A stretch of 64,000 bases of DNA from Spirochaetia bacterium (GCA_963666985.2 CAXXIA010000002.1:2464001-2528000), one strand, 5' to 3'; positions 51,980 to 61,814 are shown, numbered from the stretch's first letter. The notes: generated by a model not told the origin, from the sequence alone. A program made the numbers and translations.

Positions 51980-53299
51980 ATGGGCCGAAGCAGAATCCTG
52001 ATTATTGATGATGAATTGGAATTCTGCCTCTCAATGAAGGATTTGTTTGAGGATTCAGGCTATTCCTGCATCTACTCGACCGATCCTGAGAAGGCGGCCG
52101 ATCTTCTGCGAAAAGAAAAAATCGATCTGGTTCTTCTTGATTACAAGATGCCTCGTGTAAATGGGATTGAACTTCTCAGCTGTATCAGAGAAGAGAATTC
52201 CGAACTGCCGATAATTCTCGTCTCCGGATATATCGATATTGAGACAACGGTTCAAGCCATGCGGATTGGGGCTCTGAACGTCTTAAGGAAACCGGTGCGC
52301 TTTGCTCAGCTGGAAGAAGAAATCGCGCGAATCCTAAATACGTCCGGTGGCGCCTTCAGATCGGATTCTTCGATTATCAGCGGCGATAAAAAGGTCCTTG
52401 AGATTTTTGGTTCCATAAAGAAGGTTGCGGAAACAAACGCTCCGGTGTTAATTACCGGAGAGAGCGGAACCGGGAAAGAATTGATCGCCGAGGAAATCCA
52501 TCGGCTGAGCGGTCGTACTCAGCATCCTTTTGTTAAACTCAATTGTGCGGCTTTGCCCGAGTCTTTATTGGAAAGTGAGCTTTTTGGTCATAAGAAAGGC
52601 GCGTTTACCGGTGCCCTGGAAAATCGTTCCGGCCGCTTCATCGCCGCACATCAAGGGAGCCTCTTTCTTGATGAAATTGGTGATATGAACCTGCTGACTC
52701 AGGCAAAACTATTAAGAGTTTTACAAGATGGAAAAGTTACGGTTCTCGGATCTGATAAGCCTCAAAATGTTGATGTTCGAATTATTGCCGCTACCAATAA
52801 AAATCTTTTTTCCATGATGAAGGAAGGTCTCTTTCGAGAAGATTTATTTTATAGGCTTTCGGTTGTCCATTATGATCTCCCCCCTTTACGTGAAAGATCC
52901 GGAGATATTCTTCTTTTAAGCAGTTTTTTTCTAGAAATGGCTTGTTATGAATACGGTCGGAAAATAAATGGTTTTGATGCCGAGGTGGAAAAGATCCTCC
53001 TTTTTCATCCTTGGCCCGGGAATATTAGGGAATTAAAAAACTGTATTCAGCGCGCGGTGATTTTCTGTGAGAATACCCTGATTTCCGCTGGAGATCTTCC
53101 CGAACAATATAAGAGGGTTGGAAAACCGGGCTGGACGGACGGATACGAAAAAGCGATTGACAATATTAATAGAGAGTTGATTGAAGAGGCTTTAAGAAAA
53201 AGCGGCGGGAAGAAAGCTCTTGCCGCTCAATTGCTGAAAATTGACAGGAAGACTCTCTATAACAAAATAAAAAAGTTAAACATTCAGGGATTTGAGTGA
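51980..53299 (+). CDS. NtrC/AtoC-type sigma54 response regulator
   Basis: REC ('IDDE', 'LDYKMP'), 'GESGTGKE', 'GAFTGA', Fis HTH. Confidence 0.93.
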   Translation: MGRSRILIIDDELEFCLSMKDLFEDSGYSCIYSTDPEKAADLLRKEKIDLVLLDYKMPRVNGIELLSCIREENSELPIILVSGYIDIETTVQAMRIGALNVLRKPVRFAQLEEEIARILNTSGGAFRSDSSIISGDKKVLEIFGSIKKVAETNAPVLITGESGTGKELIAEEIHRLSGRTQHPFVKLNCAALPESLLESELFGHKKGAFTGALENRSGRFIAAHQGSLFLDEIGDMNLLTQAKLLRVLQDGKVTVLGSDKPQNVDVRIIAATNKNLFSMMKEGLFREDLFYRLSVVHYDLPPLRERSGDILLLSSFFLEMACYEYGRKINGFDAEVEKILLFHPWPGNIRELKNCIQRAVIFCENTLISAGDLPEQYKRVGKPGWTDGYEKAIDNINRELIEEALRKSGGKKALAAQLLKIDRKTLYNKIKKLNIQGFE

Positions 53300-55122
53300 A
53301 CAGCCGGAGATTGCTTCAAGTCAAAGGCGTCTCCTATTCGTACGGGATAAAACAGGCCCTTTTTGGAGTTGGTTTTGATCTGCTTCCGGGCGAAATCCAT
53401 GCCTTGGTAGGCGATCATCGAGCGGGAAAATCCACTTTAATCCGGATTATTTGCGGAGCGCTTCGATGCCGCAAAGGGGAAATTATCCTTCCAGAGGGCA
53501 AATTCGCCGGGCTGTCTCCACGGAAAGCACGCCAACTGGGAATTGGTGCGGTGTTCCAGGAGGAGATGCTTGTTCCTTCATTAAGTACAATTGATAACGT
53601 TTTCTCCGGCCGTTTCGCGGTCTATCCCGGCGGAATTATCCGATGGCGTCGGCATATAGATGAATTTACTCGTTTTTGCCGAAAGTTGGATTTGGATTTT
53701 GATTTTACGAAACCCGTTGGTCAATTGGACAAAGTTAATCAGCATCTTGTTGAGTTTTTAAGGGCGATTTATTTCGATCCTTCCATACTCATTCTGGATG
53801 AAATATCCACTCGATTTACTCCGAGAGAAATGGATTTCATTTATCGGATTATTTTGGATATGAAGAAAAAGGGAAAAGGCATTATTTATATTTCCCATGA
53901 TATGGATGAAGTCATGGAATTTGCAGATAGGGTGACCATCCTGAGAAACGGCCGTTGCAGAAAGACTGAAAATATCCGCAATCTGGATAAAATGCAGCTT
54001 TATTATATGACCTATTCCCATGAGTTATCCAGAAAGGAACTTCGTCAGGCAAATTATGAACTCTACAATTTTAAACGATACAATGAAGCCATTATCCGGA
54101 ACATCCCGGTTGGTGTTGTTATTCTGGATAAGGACAATGGAATCTATCAGGTAAACCAAGCCGCTGAAAATTTGCTGTCTCCTTTTTCCGCCGATGAGCT
54201 TACTCTTGAAAAAATTTTCTCACGAATCGATAAAAGTTCGGTTCATAAAATTCTTTTGGCGATCCGGTCAAAGAAGCGAATGCATTTGGAAAATCTCCCC
54301 TTCGGCGATGAACATATTATTGATTTTTTTTGTTCTCCATTTACGGGTGACGCTGGGGAACTCAGCGGAACAATTTTACTGATTAACAATAAAACGGAAG
54401 AGCATAACGCAAAGGAATATATGAGAAGAACGGAACAGATTTCCTCTATTGCGGAACTGGCCGCCGGCGTGGCGCATGAAATTAATAACCCTCTTAATAT
54501 CATTTTGAATTACATGGATCTGATTACCCTTGAAACCCAGAAGGAATCATCCATTATTCGGCTGAAGAAGATTGAAAAGGAAATCCAGAGAATCTCGGAA
54601 ATTACCGGGAGTCTGCTTTCGTTCTCCAAAGTGAATAATGTGGAATTAGTCGAGTGTGATTTAAGGCAGGCACTTAAAGAAGCGGTACTTCTCCTGAAAT
54701 ATCGTATAGAGAAGAAAAAAGTTGTTTTCTCAATGGAGATTCCGGATGAACCTGTTGTTATCACAGGGAATTTAAATAAACTCGAGCAAGTATTTATCAA
54801 CTTGCTCATAAACAGTCTGGATGCTCTTGAAGCTGGCGGAAAGATTCGGGCCTGTATCCGTTATGAAAATAACAATGTATATGCGGCTGTGTCCGACAAT
54901 GGACCGGGGATTGAACATTCTATTGTCTCAAAAATTTTTGATCCCTTTTTCACTACTAAAATTGAAGATAAGAATTCCGGCCTCGGCTTAACCGTCTCGA
55001 TGCACATCATTATGGAACATAATGGGCTTCTTGAATGCCATAGTGAAGGCGGATGGACGACATTCGGAATTCGGCTTGCCGCCTGTTCTTCGAAAACGTA
55101 TCGAAAAGAAATTATCGATTGA
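53296..55122 (+). CDS. ABC-ATPase-PAS-histidine kinase fusion protein
   Basis: N-terminal NBD ('GDHRAGKST', Q-loop 'VFQE', 'ILILDE', 'YISH'); PAS-like 'NIPVGVVILD...VNQAAE'; 'AHEINNPL', 'NLLINSLDA', 'DNGPG', 'FDPFFTTK', 'GLGL'; no TM helix. Confidence 0.9.
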   Translation: MNSRRLLQVKGVSYSYGIKQALFGVGFDLLPGEIHALVGDHRAGKSTLIRIICGALRCRKGEIILPEGKFAGLSPRKARQLGIGAVFQEEMLVPSLSTIDNVFSGRFAVYPGGIIRWRRHIDEFTRFCRKLDLDFDFTKPVGQLDKVNQHLVEFLRAIYFDPSILILDEISTRFTPREMDFIYRIILDMKKKGKGIIYISHDMDEVMEFADRVTILRNGRCRKTENIRNLDKMQLYYMTYSHELSRKELRQANYELYNFKRYNEAIIRNIPVGVVILDKDNGIYQVNQAAENLLSPFSADELTLEKIFSRIDKSSVHKILLAIRSKKRMHLENLPFGDEHIIDFFCSPFTGDAGELSGTILLINNKTEEHNAKEYMRRTEQISSIAELAAGVAHEINNPLNIILNYMDLITLETQKESSIIRLKKIEKEIQRISEITGSLLSFSKVNNVELVECDLRQALKEAVLLLKYRIEKKKVVFSMEIPDEPVVITGNLNKLEQVFINLLINSLDALEAGGKIRACIRYENNNVYAAVSDNGPGIEHSIVSKIFDPFFTTKIEDKNSGLGLTVSMHIIMEHNGLLECHSEGGWTTFGIRLAACSSKTYRKEIID

Positions 55123-55238
55123 TGAGGTCTTGGGGTGTCGGTGAGTATTTCTCGAAATCCGGCGGTTTTTCTCCTCGGCCGTCGGCATAAACTGTCTCCG
55201 GTGAGATGTTTTCCCCGTAATTCTCTTTCCGAATAAAA

Positions 55239-56961
55239 GGGGCTGTCTCATAAGAGGCGGCCCTTTTTCATGTCTGGAAGAATTCCCTTCTGAATTCAAG
55301 GGTGGTAGAATTCTTCATGGACACTAAAAAGAAGGCTACATTCAAAGATTACGAAATCAGCCAACAGATGCTCCTGCCTCCAAGTCTCGATGAACTGCTT
55401 CCCGCAAACCATATATCCCGCACAATCAACAACTTCATCGACACGATGGATACCAGTGAGCTCTTCAACGCCTATCCGGGAGGCGGTGCCAGCAGCTACC
55501 ACCCGGTGATGATGCTGAAGGTTCTGGTGTTGGCCTACTCGAAACAGCTGTATTCCTGTCGTCAAATCGCAGACGCTCTTCGTGAGCAGATATGCTTCAT
55601 GTGGATCAGTGGTAATAACCGTCCTGATTTCCACACGATAAACAGATTTCGTAACGGTCCATTGAAGAAGAGCATCGAGAAAATCTTTGCCTCAATGGCC
55701 AACAGCCTCATCGAGAGCGGACATGTCCAGATGGAGAACTACTTTCTCGACGGCACAAAAATCGAATCAGCAGCTAACAAATACACATGGGTATGGGGCC
55801 GGGCGACAGACAAGTTCCAGAAGCGCCTGGCCGGCAATATGGATGAGCTTTTCGAATACATCGACCGCATCAATGAAGAAGAGGATGAGAAGTACGGCGA
55901 CCATGACCTTCCCCATGTGGATCCTCAAGGCAGGCCGATGTCGGAGATTCTCGAAGATGCGGTATCCAAGCTCAATGAAGAGCTGCGCAAGGATCGGGAG
56001 GAGCGAGAAAAGAAGGAGATTCAACGGAGATTGAATACCGCTAGCAAGGACTATCTCCCTCGTGCCAAAAAGTATGAGCAGCAGAAGAGAATCCTCGGCG
56101 ACCGAAATAGTTACTCGAAAACAGACTATGATGCGACTTTCATGCGGATGAAAGAAGACTATATGAAAAATGGTCAGCTCAAGCCCGGGTACAACATCCA
56201 AATGGGTACTGAGAACCAGTTCATCCTCGGATATAGCATCCACCAGAGTCCCGGTGACTCCCTGACATTGCCGCTACATATGGAGAAACTGAAAAAGAAT
56301 CTGAAACGCTATCCGAAAAGAATCATTGCTGATTCAGGATATGGTAGTGAAGAGAACTACCAGTGGTGTGAGGATCATGGTGTCGAGAAGTACATCAAGT
56401 TCAGCTACTTCCACAGGGAGCGGAAACGGAAGTTCAAGAAGCAGATTCATATGAAAGAGAACTGGGACTATCGTGCCTCTGATGATACATACCGGTGCCC
56501 CAAGGGTCGCCGATTCAAACACGAGGAGACCAGAATCTCGAAAACAGGTTCAGGATTTCCGACCACTGAAAAAAGGTATACAGGCCCTGGATGCCAAAGG
56601 TGTTCTCTCCGAATCCGGTGCTGCAAATACGGAGGCAAAGAGCGCATCCTGACGGTTCGTCCAAACCTGGAACGGCATAAGTCTGAAGTGCGCAAGTTGC
56701 TGACTTCAGAGGAAGGACTGAGAATGCGCTCTCTCAGGCCGATTGAAGTCGAATCTGTATTCGGAGATATCAAGACGAATATGGGATTTCGGAGATTCCG
56801 AACCAGGGGATTGAAGATGGTCAGTACTGAATGGGGACTGTTGAGTATGGCTCATAACATGAGGAAGCTACAGAAACGATAAGGGGATGGGAGGGAACCT
56901 CCCGTCTTCGGAGGTCAACCAAATTTTAAAAGGGGCTGTCTCAAACTAATGAGACAGCCCC
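55239..56961 (+). mobile_element. IS1182-family insertion sequence
   Basis: Inverted ends GGGGCTGTCTCATAA ... TAATGAGACAGCCCC around a transposase; exact ends ambiguous. Confidence 0.85.
55317..56882 (+). CDS. IS1182-family transposase
   Basis: 'YHPVMMLK', 'PDFHTINRFR', 'DGTKIES', 'SKTDYDATFMRMK', 'ADSGYGSE', 'VESVFGDIK'. Confidence 0.93.
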   Translation: MDTKKKATFKDYEISQQMLLPPSLDELLPANHISRTINNFIDTMDTSELFNAYPGGGASSYHPVMMLKVLVLAYSKQLYSCRQIADALREQICFMWISGNNRPDFHTINRFRNGPLKKSIEKIFASMANSLIESGHVQMENYFLDGTKIESAANKYTWVWGRATDKFQKRLAGNMDELFEYIDRINEEEDEKYGDHDLPHVDPQGRPMSEILEDAVSKLNEELRKDREEREKKEIQRRLNTASKDYLPRAKKYEQQKRILGDRNSYSKTDYDATFMRMKEDYMKNGQLKPGYNIQMGTENQFILGYSIHQSPGDSLTLPLHMEKLKKNLKRYPKRIIADSGYGSEENYQWCEDHGVEKYIKFSYFHRERKRKFKKQIHMKENWDYRASDDTYRCPKGRRFKHEETRISKTGSGFPTTEKRYTGPGCQRCSLRIRCCKYGGKERILTVRPNLERHKSEVRKLLTSEEGLRMRSLRPIEVESVFGDIKTNMGFRRFRTRGLKMVSTEWGLLSMAHNMRKLQKR

Positions 56962-56985
56962 CAAAGAATCAAGAAAAGAAAAAAA

Positions 56986-59403
56986 TCAGTTCTTCACTTC
57001 GAATTCCATCCGTGCGATGACATCATTCTGGAGTTCCCGATTCAGGGGTGTAAAGAACGCGCTGTATCCGGCGATTCGAACCATGAGGTCCCGGTATTCT
57101 TCCGGTTTCTCTTGAGCCTTTCGAAGAATCTCATCACCCAGAACGTTGAACTGAATATGGTATTGGTTGTTCCTAAAATGAGTTTTTACCAGGGATAGAG
57201 CACGATTTCGTCCCGCTTCCGTAGACAGGGAATCGGATGTGAGTCTCATGTTGAAGAGGGAACCTTTCTGGAACCAGATGGCCGGCAGTTTCCCTTCGGA
57301 GTTGATCAGCGCCGTTGGACCGTTTTGCTCCATGCCGTTGGAAGGTGAAACACCGTTGTTCATCGCTTCTCCGGCCTTGCGGCCGTTCGGGAGGGCGCCG
57401 ACGGATTTCCCGAAGGCGATATTGCCCGTTACCGAGCTCTGACTGAGCGCGAATGTTCCGGGGATGGGGCCTTTGCCGTAACGGGAACTTTTAAACTCCT
57501 TGAAATAGGTCGATCCCAAATAGTCGTCGATGGCGACGGTCCATCGATCCGCGTAATCGTCGTCGTTCCCGAATTTGGGAACTTTGTTGATCAGAGTTTG
57601 CCGGATTTCAAATCCCGTGGGAGAGGTCTCCTGATCTTCAAAGTTCGTTTTAAGCGCATGCATGAGCTGCCGCGGGGTGAAGATTTTTTTATCAAAGAGA
57701 ACATAATCTATTGCGGCGATGGAGTCTCCCGCGGTAACCGCTCCGGCTGTGGGACCTCCGTCGGCGGTGTAGCGTGCGCCGCCTTCAACCAGTGATTTAC
57801 CCCGTTCGATGCAGTCGTGTACCAGGGAAGAACGGAAAGCGTTTTGGTCGTGCAGGATGTGCATTTCATCACTGATATGCTCCACAATAACCTGCAGCTC
57901 CATATAGAAGTGCAGCTGTTTTTTATAAGCCGCCAGAATTGCATCCGCGCTTTTAAAAGTTTCCAGAGTTCCGTCTCCGGGTAGCAGTGTTTGTCCGGTG
58001 GCCGGATCGGTACCGTTGTTCAGCGTGATTTCGAACACTTTTCCAAGGTTCAGCCAGGAGCCTTTGGCCGCGAAGTCCCATTTCCCGGGTACCGAAGCTT
58101 CTATGCATCCTACGGGCGCCCAAGTGTAGAGGTCTTCGTCGGCGACTCCCATGTTTTTCAGAATGCGCATTACTCCCGCATCATTGTAAAGGGCGGGCTG
58201 ACCGCCTTTATGCGCCTGTATCGTCCGAAGCACCTCGTCCATGAACGCATCGTCGGTTCCTTCAAACCACTTCATTGAAACCGAAGGTTTGGTAAGGCCC
58301 ATCTGTGCGGTGGCGTCCAGAATGATTCGCGTCAAATCGTTCACCGCGTTTTTTCCGTCCGCGGTTTGGCCTCCGACGGCCAGATTCTCCGCAAGGTGAT
58401 AACCCGGAAAAAACTCGCTGTCGGACCATGAGCGAAGCTTGTTGATTTCATTGCACTTGATGAAAAACGATTCCACCAGTTCCAGGGCGAATTCCCGCGT
58501 TATGGCGCCGGAAGCAAGGTCGGCTTCCAAAAAGGGCCACAAGTATTGGTCGAATCGTCCCAGAGAAACAGCATGACCGTTGGTTTCAATTTGGATGGCC
58601 AAATGAACAAACCAGACGGTTTGAATCGCTTCCCAGAAGTTCCGGGCCGGTTCCGCCGGAACCCTGCGGCAGTTTTCGGCCATTTTTTTCAGTTCCGCCT
58701 TACGGGCCGGATCCGCGGCTTTTTCGGATTCTTCGACGAGTTTTTCGGCGAAACGCCCGGCGAAGTTGATAACCGCTTCATTGGAGCGAATAACCGCTTC
58801 AAGAAACCAGGATTGATTGATGGCTCCCGGTTCGGTCATATCGAGGTTCTTCAGGCGTTCTTTCGCTTGAGCGATAACGCCGTTCAGTCCTGCGCGGAGT
58901 ACCATTTCGTGGTCCGGCAGAACATTGCCCAATCCGGCGGCCGCGCACCAGGTATCGTCGATGGCGTTCAGTTCCCAGGCTTTTCGCGCCGCTTCCGGCA
59001 ATTGATCCCACACGCAGCTGATAAGAGATTTGTTTTCCCAATATGCGATGGTTTTTAGAACACGTGACTTGGTTTCTTCCGTATAGCTGAATTGATCACA
59101 GGGCCTTTCATGAAAATGGTAGGGATTTCCTTCGAATTCCTCAACGATCCACCGGGTTGAGTATTCCGGAAATACGGGTGCCGCATGAACGGAACTTGCC
59201 TGATTCCCTACCAGCAGTTCTCCGTCCCTGACAAGAATGGACATCCTGTCGAGAACATCATAAAAGGCGTCGGCCCGTCTTTTAACAATGGGGCGGCCTT
59301 CACTTTTTTTCATTGATTCGGTAAAGATTTCTGCCCGTTCCGGACATATCGCCGGAAAACTCTCGAATAGTCCGTTACGTAATTTTTGGATTCGATCGGT
59401 CAT
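56986..59403 (-). CDS. Glycyl radical enzyme, non-PFL (eliminase-type), substrate unknown
   Basis: 'SLGRFDQYL', single-Cys loop 'VGCIE', Gly loop 'HIQFN...VRIAGYS'; AGGAG RBS before ATG 59403. Confidence 0.92.
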   Translation of the reverse strand: MTDRIQKLRNGLFESFPAICPERAEIFTESMKKSEGRPIVKRRADAFYDVLDRMSILVRDGELLVGNQASSVHAAPVFPEYSTRWIVEEFEGNPYHFHERPCDQFSYTEETKSRVLKTIAYWENKSLISCVWDQLPEAARKAWELNAIDDTWCAAAGLGNVLPDHEMVLRAGLNGVIAQAKERLKNLDMTEPGAINQSWFLEAVIRSNEAVINFAGRFAEKLVEESEKAADPARKAELKKMAENCRRVPAEPARNFWEAIQTVWFVHLAIQIETNGHAVSLGRFDQYLWPFLEADLASGAITREFALELVESFFIKCNEINKLRSWSDSEFFPGYHLAENLAVGGQTADGKNAVNDLTRIILDATAQMGLTKPSVSMKWFEGTDDAFMDEVLRTIQAHKGGQPALYNDAGVMRILKNMGVADEDLYTWAPVGCIEASVPGKWDFAAKGSWLNLGKVFEITLNNGTDPATGQTLLPGDGTLETFKSADAILAAYKKQLHFYMELQVIVEHISDEMHILHDQNAFRSSLVHDCIERGKSLVEGGARYTADGGPTAGAVTAGDSIAAIDYVLFDKKIFTPRQLMHALKTNFEDQETSPTGFEIRQTLINKVPKFGNDDDYADRWTVAIDDYLGSTYFKEFKSSRYGKGPIPGTFALSQSSVTGNIAFGKSVGALPNGRKAGEAMNNGVSPSNGMEQNGPTALINSEGKLPAIWFQKGSLFNMRLTSDSLSTEAGRNRALSLVKTHFRNNQYHIQFNVLGDEILRKAQEKPEEYRDLMVRIAGYSAFFTPLNRELQNDVIARMEFEVKN

Positions 59404-59429
59404 ATGTTTGTTCTCCTCAAGAGAATGAG

Positions 59430-59443
59430 TGAAAACGCTTTCA
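59430..59443. promoter_or_regulatory. LacI-type operator 1 (GRE gene)
   Basis: TGAAAACGCTTTCA. Confidence 0.75.
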
Positions 59444-59561
59444 CTATGTTCATAACATAACATGCTTTTCTAAATATCGCAAATTGAATATTTCCGGCTT
59501 TCCGGCGATGAAAAAGACTCATCGAAGTGTTTTTACGGAAATAGGAAGAAACGGTCCCGAA

Positions 59562-59612
59562 TTGACAGGTGTTCTTCGGGCCTTTACTATGAATAAATTG
59601 AAATCGGTTTCA
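59562..59612 (+). promoter_or_regulatory. sigma70 promoter plus LacI-type operator 2 (regulator/activase operon)
   Basis: TTGACA-17-TACTAT, then TGAAATCGGTTTCA at 59599-59612. Confidence 0.75.
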
Positions 59613-59625
59613 CCAAAAGGTCTGC

Positions 59626-60639
59626 ATGGGGCGCTATACCATTAATGAAATTGCTGAAATCTGCCATACCTCACCGGCTACGGTGTCGCGGGTTCTTAAC
59701 AATCCTCATCTGGTTGCCGAGCCCTTAAGAAAAAGAATCCGGAAAACGATGGAAGAGGTTGGGTACAGGCCGAATCCGTTCGCTTCACGCTTAAGCTCCC
59801 GCTCCGGCTGGGGATTGGCCCTTTTCGTCTTCGATATTCTGAATCCCTTTTTCGCTCTTATCGTGAGGAAGATCGGCCATTTGGCCATGGAACAGGGGAT
59901 TCCCCTGACCATCTGCGATACCGAGAATAACGAGGAAAAGGAAAAGATGTTCCTCGATTACCTTCTGGATAATCAGATAGGCGGCATTATTTTCGGTGAA
60001 GGTATTTCCGCGGGAACCATTGAACGGGCCATGGATTCCACCGAGACGGTTCTGATCGACAGGCATTTAAAGGAAGGTTTGGTTTCCGAAGTCACCAGCG
60101 ACAACTATCGCGGCGCCTGCCAGGCGGTTGAATATCTCTATCAATTGAGTCATCGCCGAATCGGTTTTATCGGCGGGCCCGAGAGCTGGGCTTCGGTTGA
60201 GGAGCGGTTTCGCGGGTATCGGGACACTCTGGAACGCAACGGAATACCCTACAATCCCGCCCTTATGTTCCGGGGAGATCTCCGTTTTGAGTCGGGGATC
60301 GGGGCGCTGGAGTATTTTCTGACCCTTCCCGAATGGCCGACGGCAATCTTCAGCGCCAACGATCAGATGGCGTTCGGCGTTCTTACCAAGGCTAAGGCCA
60401 TGGGGATTGATGTTCCCGGCGATATATCGCTGATCGGTTTCGACGATATTCCTCTCTACAGCTTGTATTCGACGAGGCTTACGGCGATACAGCAGGACAT
60501 CGACGCTCTCTGCGAGAATGCTTTTCGAATTATGATGGAAAAATTGAACGGAACGCCGGAAGAGGGCCCTAAGGATAGAGTCGTCGTACCGACGCGTTTA
60601 AAAACGGGCGAAACCTGCGGGAAATGCTCCCGACCGTGA
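59626..60639 (+). CDS. LacI-family transcriptional regulator
   Basis: 'TINEIAEICHTSPATVSRVLN', 'YRPNPFA', 'NDQMAFG', 'SLIGFDDI'. Confidence 0.93.
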   Translation: MGRYTINEIAEICHTSPATVSRVLNNPHLVAEPLRKRIRKTMEEVGYRPNPFASRLSSRSGWGLALFVFDILNPFFALIVRKIGHLAMEQGIPLTICDTENNEEKEKMFLDYLLDNQIGGIIFGEGISAGTIERAMDSTETVLIDRHLKEGLVSEVTSDNYRGACQAVEYLYQLSHRRIGFIGGPESWASVEERFRGYRDTLERNGIPYNPALMFRGDLRFESGIGALEYFLTLPEWPTAIFSANDQMAFGVLTKAKAMGIDVPGDISLIGFDDIPLYSLYSTRLTAIQQDIDALCENAFRIMMEKLNGTPEEGPKDRVVVPTRLKTGETCGKCSRP

Positions 60640-61556
60640 ATATTAATGCAATTCTTTTTGATATAGAACGTTATGCCCTTGAAGACGGTCCGGGTATCAG
60701 AAGCGTCGTGTTCTTTAAAGGGTGTAATCTGCGCTGTCTTTGGTGTCAGAATCCTGAATCGCAAGACGGGAATCCTCAAATACTGTATTCACGGAACGAA
60801 TGCATCGCCTGCGGCCGATGTGCCGAAATATGTCCTGTTGATGCAATCCGGGATGTTCCGGATTTCGGCTATGTTACGGATCATTCGGTTTGTACTGTCT
60901 GCGGCAAATGCGTGGATGCCTGCTATACGGGAGCAAGGAAAATCGTCGGTCGAAGCATGGATATCGATTCGATCATGGAAGAAATACTTAAAGACAGGGA
61001 TTTCTACAGGGAATCCGGCGGCGGAGTCACTTTTTCCGGCGGCGAGCCCCTTTTGCAGGATGCGGTTGTATCCGCGCTGGCCCTGCGGTGCCGGGAACAA
61101 GGAATTCATACGGCGCTTGAAACCGCCGGTTTCGTTTCGCGTTCCGTTTTGGATAAGATTGTGCCCTTAATAGATCTTATTTATTTCGATTTGAAGCACA
61201 TCGACTCCGGTGAACACCGGAAATTTACCGGCGTTCCCATAGAGCCGATCCTCGAAAACTTGAAAGCGGTCTCGGCTTCGGCGGCCCGCCTTATCGTTCG
61301 GATTCCTCTTATTCCGCATGTGAATGATGATAATAAAACAATAAGCCGGATGTTTGAATTTCTGAAGAAGGAATGCGCGGGGCCCGAAGTGGAAATCCTG
61401 CCTTTCCATCGCCTCGGTTTGGGGAAGTACGAAGGATTGGGGCGGAGTTATTCAATGGCCGCAACCTTGAATCTGGGAAAGGCCGATTGTGAACCGTTTG
61501 CGGAGCTGGGAAGAGCGATGGGACTCGTGGTTCGAACCGGAGCCGGCGGGGTTTGA
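60636..61556 (+). CDS. Glycyl-radical enzyme activating enzyme with ferredoxin-like insert
   Basis: 'DGPGIR...KGCNLRCLWCQNPE', two CxxCxxCxxxC motifs, 'SGGEP'; GTG start overlaps the LacI stop. Confidence 0.93.
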   Translation: MNINAILFDIERYALEDGPGIRSVVFFKGCNLRCLWCQNPESQDGNPQILYSRNECIACGRCAEICPVDAIRDVPDFGYVTDHSVCTVCGKCVDACYTGARKIVGRSMDIDSIMEEILKDRDFYRESGGGVTFSGGEPLLQDAVVSALALRCREQGIHTALETAGFVSRSVLDKIVPLIDLIYFDLKHIDSGEHRKFTGVPIEPILENLKAVSASAARLIVRIPLIPHVNDDNKTISRMFEFLKKECAGPEVEILPFHRLGLGKYEGLGRSYSMAATLNLGKADCEPFAELGRAMGLVVRTGAGGV

Positions 61557-61710
61557 ACGGCCCCGATGATATCCGGATGAAAGAGTGTTTCTCGGGCTCC
61601 GTCCGTATCACAAGACCGGGAAACGAACCGCCTTCATGACCCAAAATTGTTATCAATTAACGATTAGATGTGAACAAACGAACATTTTGCAATGAAACAT
61701 AACATTTTTC

Positions 61711-61764
61711 TTGACATCCGCCCGGGAGTCGTTACAATTTTATCAAACTGAAAGCGGTTTCAGT
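61711..61764 (+). promoter_or_regulatory. sigma70 promoter plus LacI-type operator 3 (ABC operon)
   Basis: TTGACA-16-TACAAT, then ACTGAAAGCGGTTTCAGT at 61747-61764. Confidence 0.75.
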
Positions 61765-61814
61765 GACAATCAGCACATTGCTGTCACTGAAGACACAAAC
61801 CGTAAGGAGGATTT

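Noticed and set aside
56986..59403. Calling the GRE pyruvate formate-lyase, CutC or glycerol dehydratase
   Set aside because: It lacks the Cys-Cys of PFL, there are no microcompartment or cut/dha context genes in the window, and specificity residues were not recognised.
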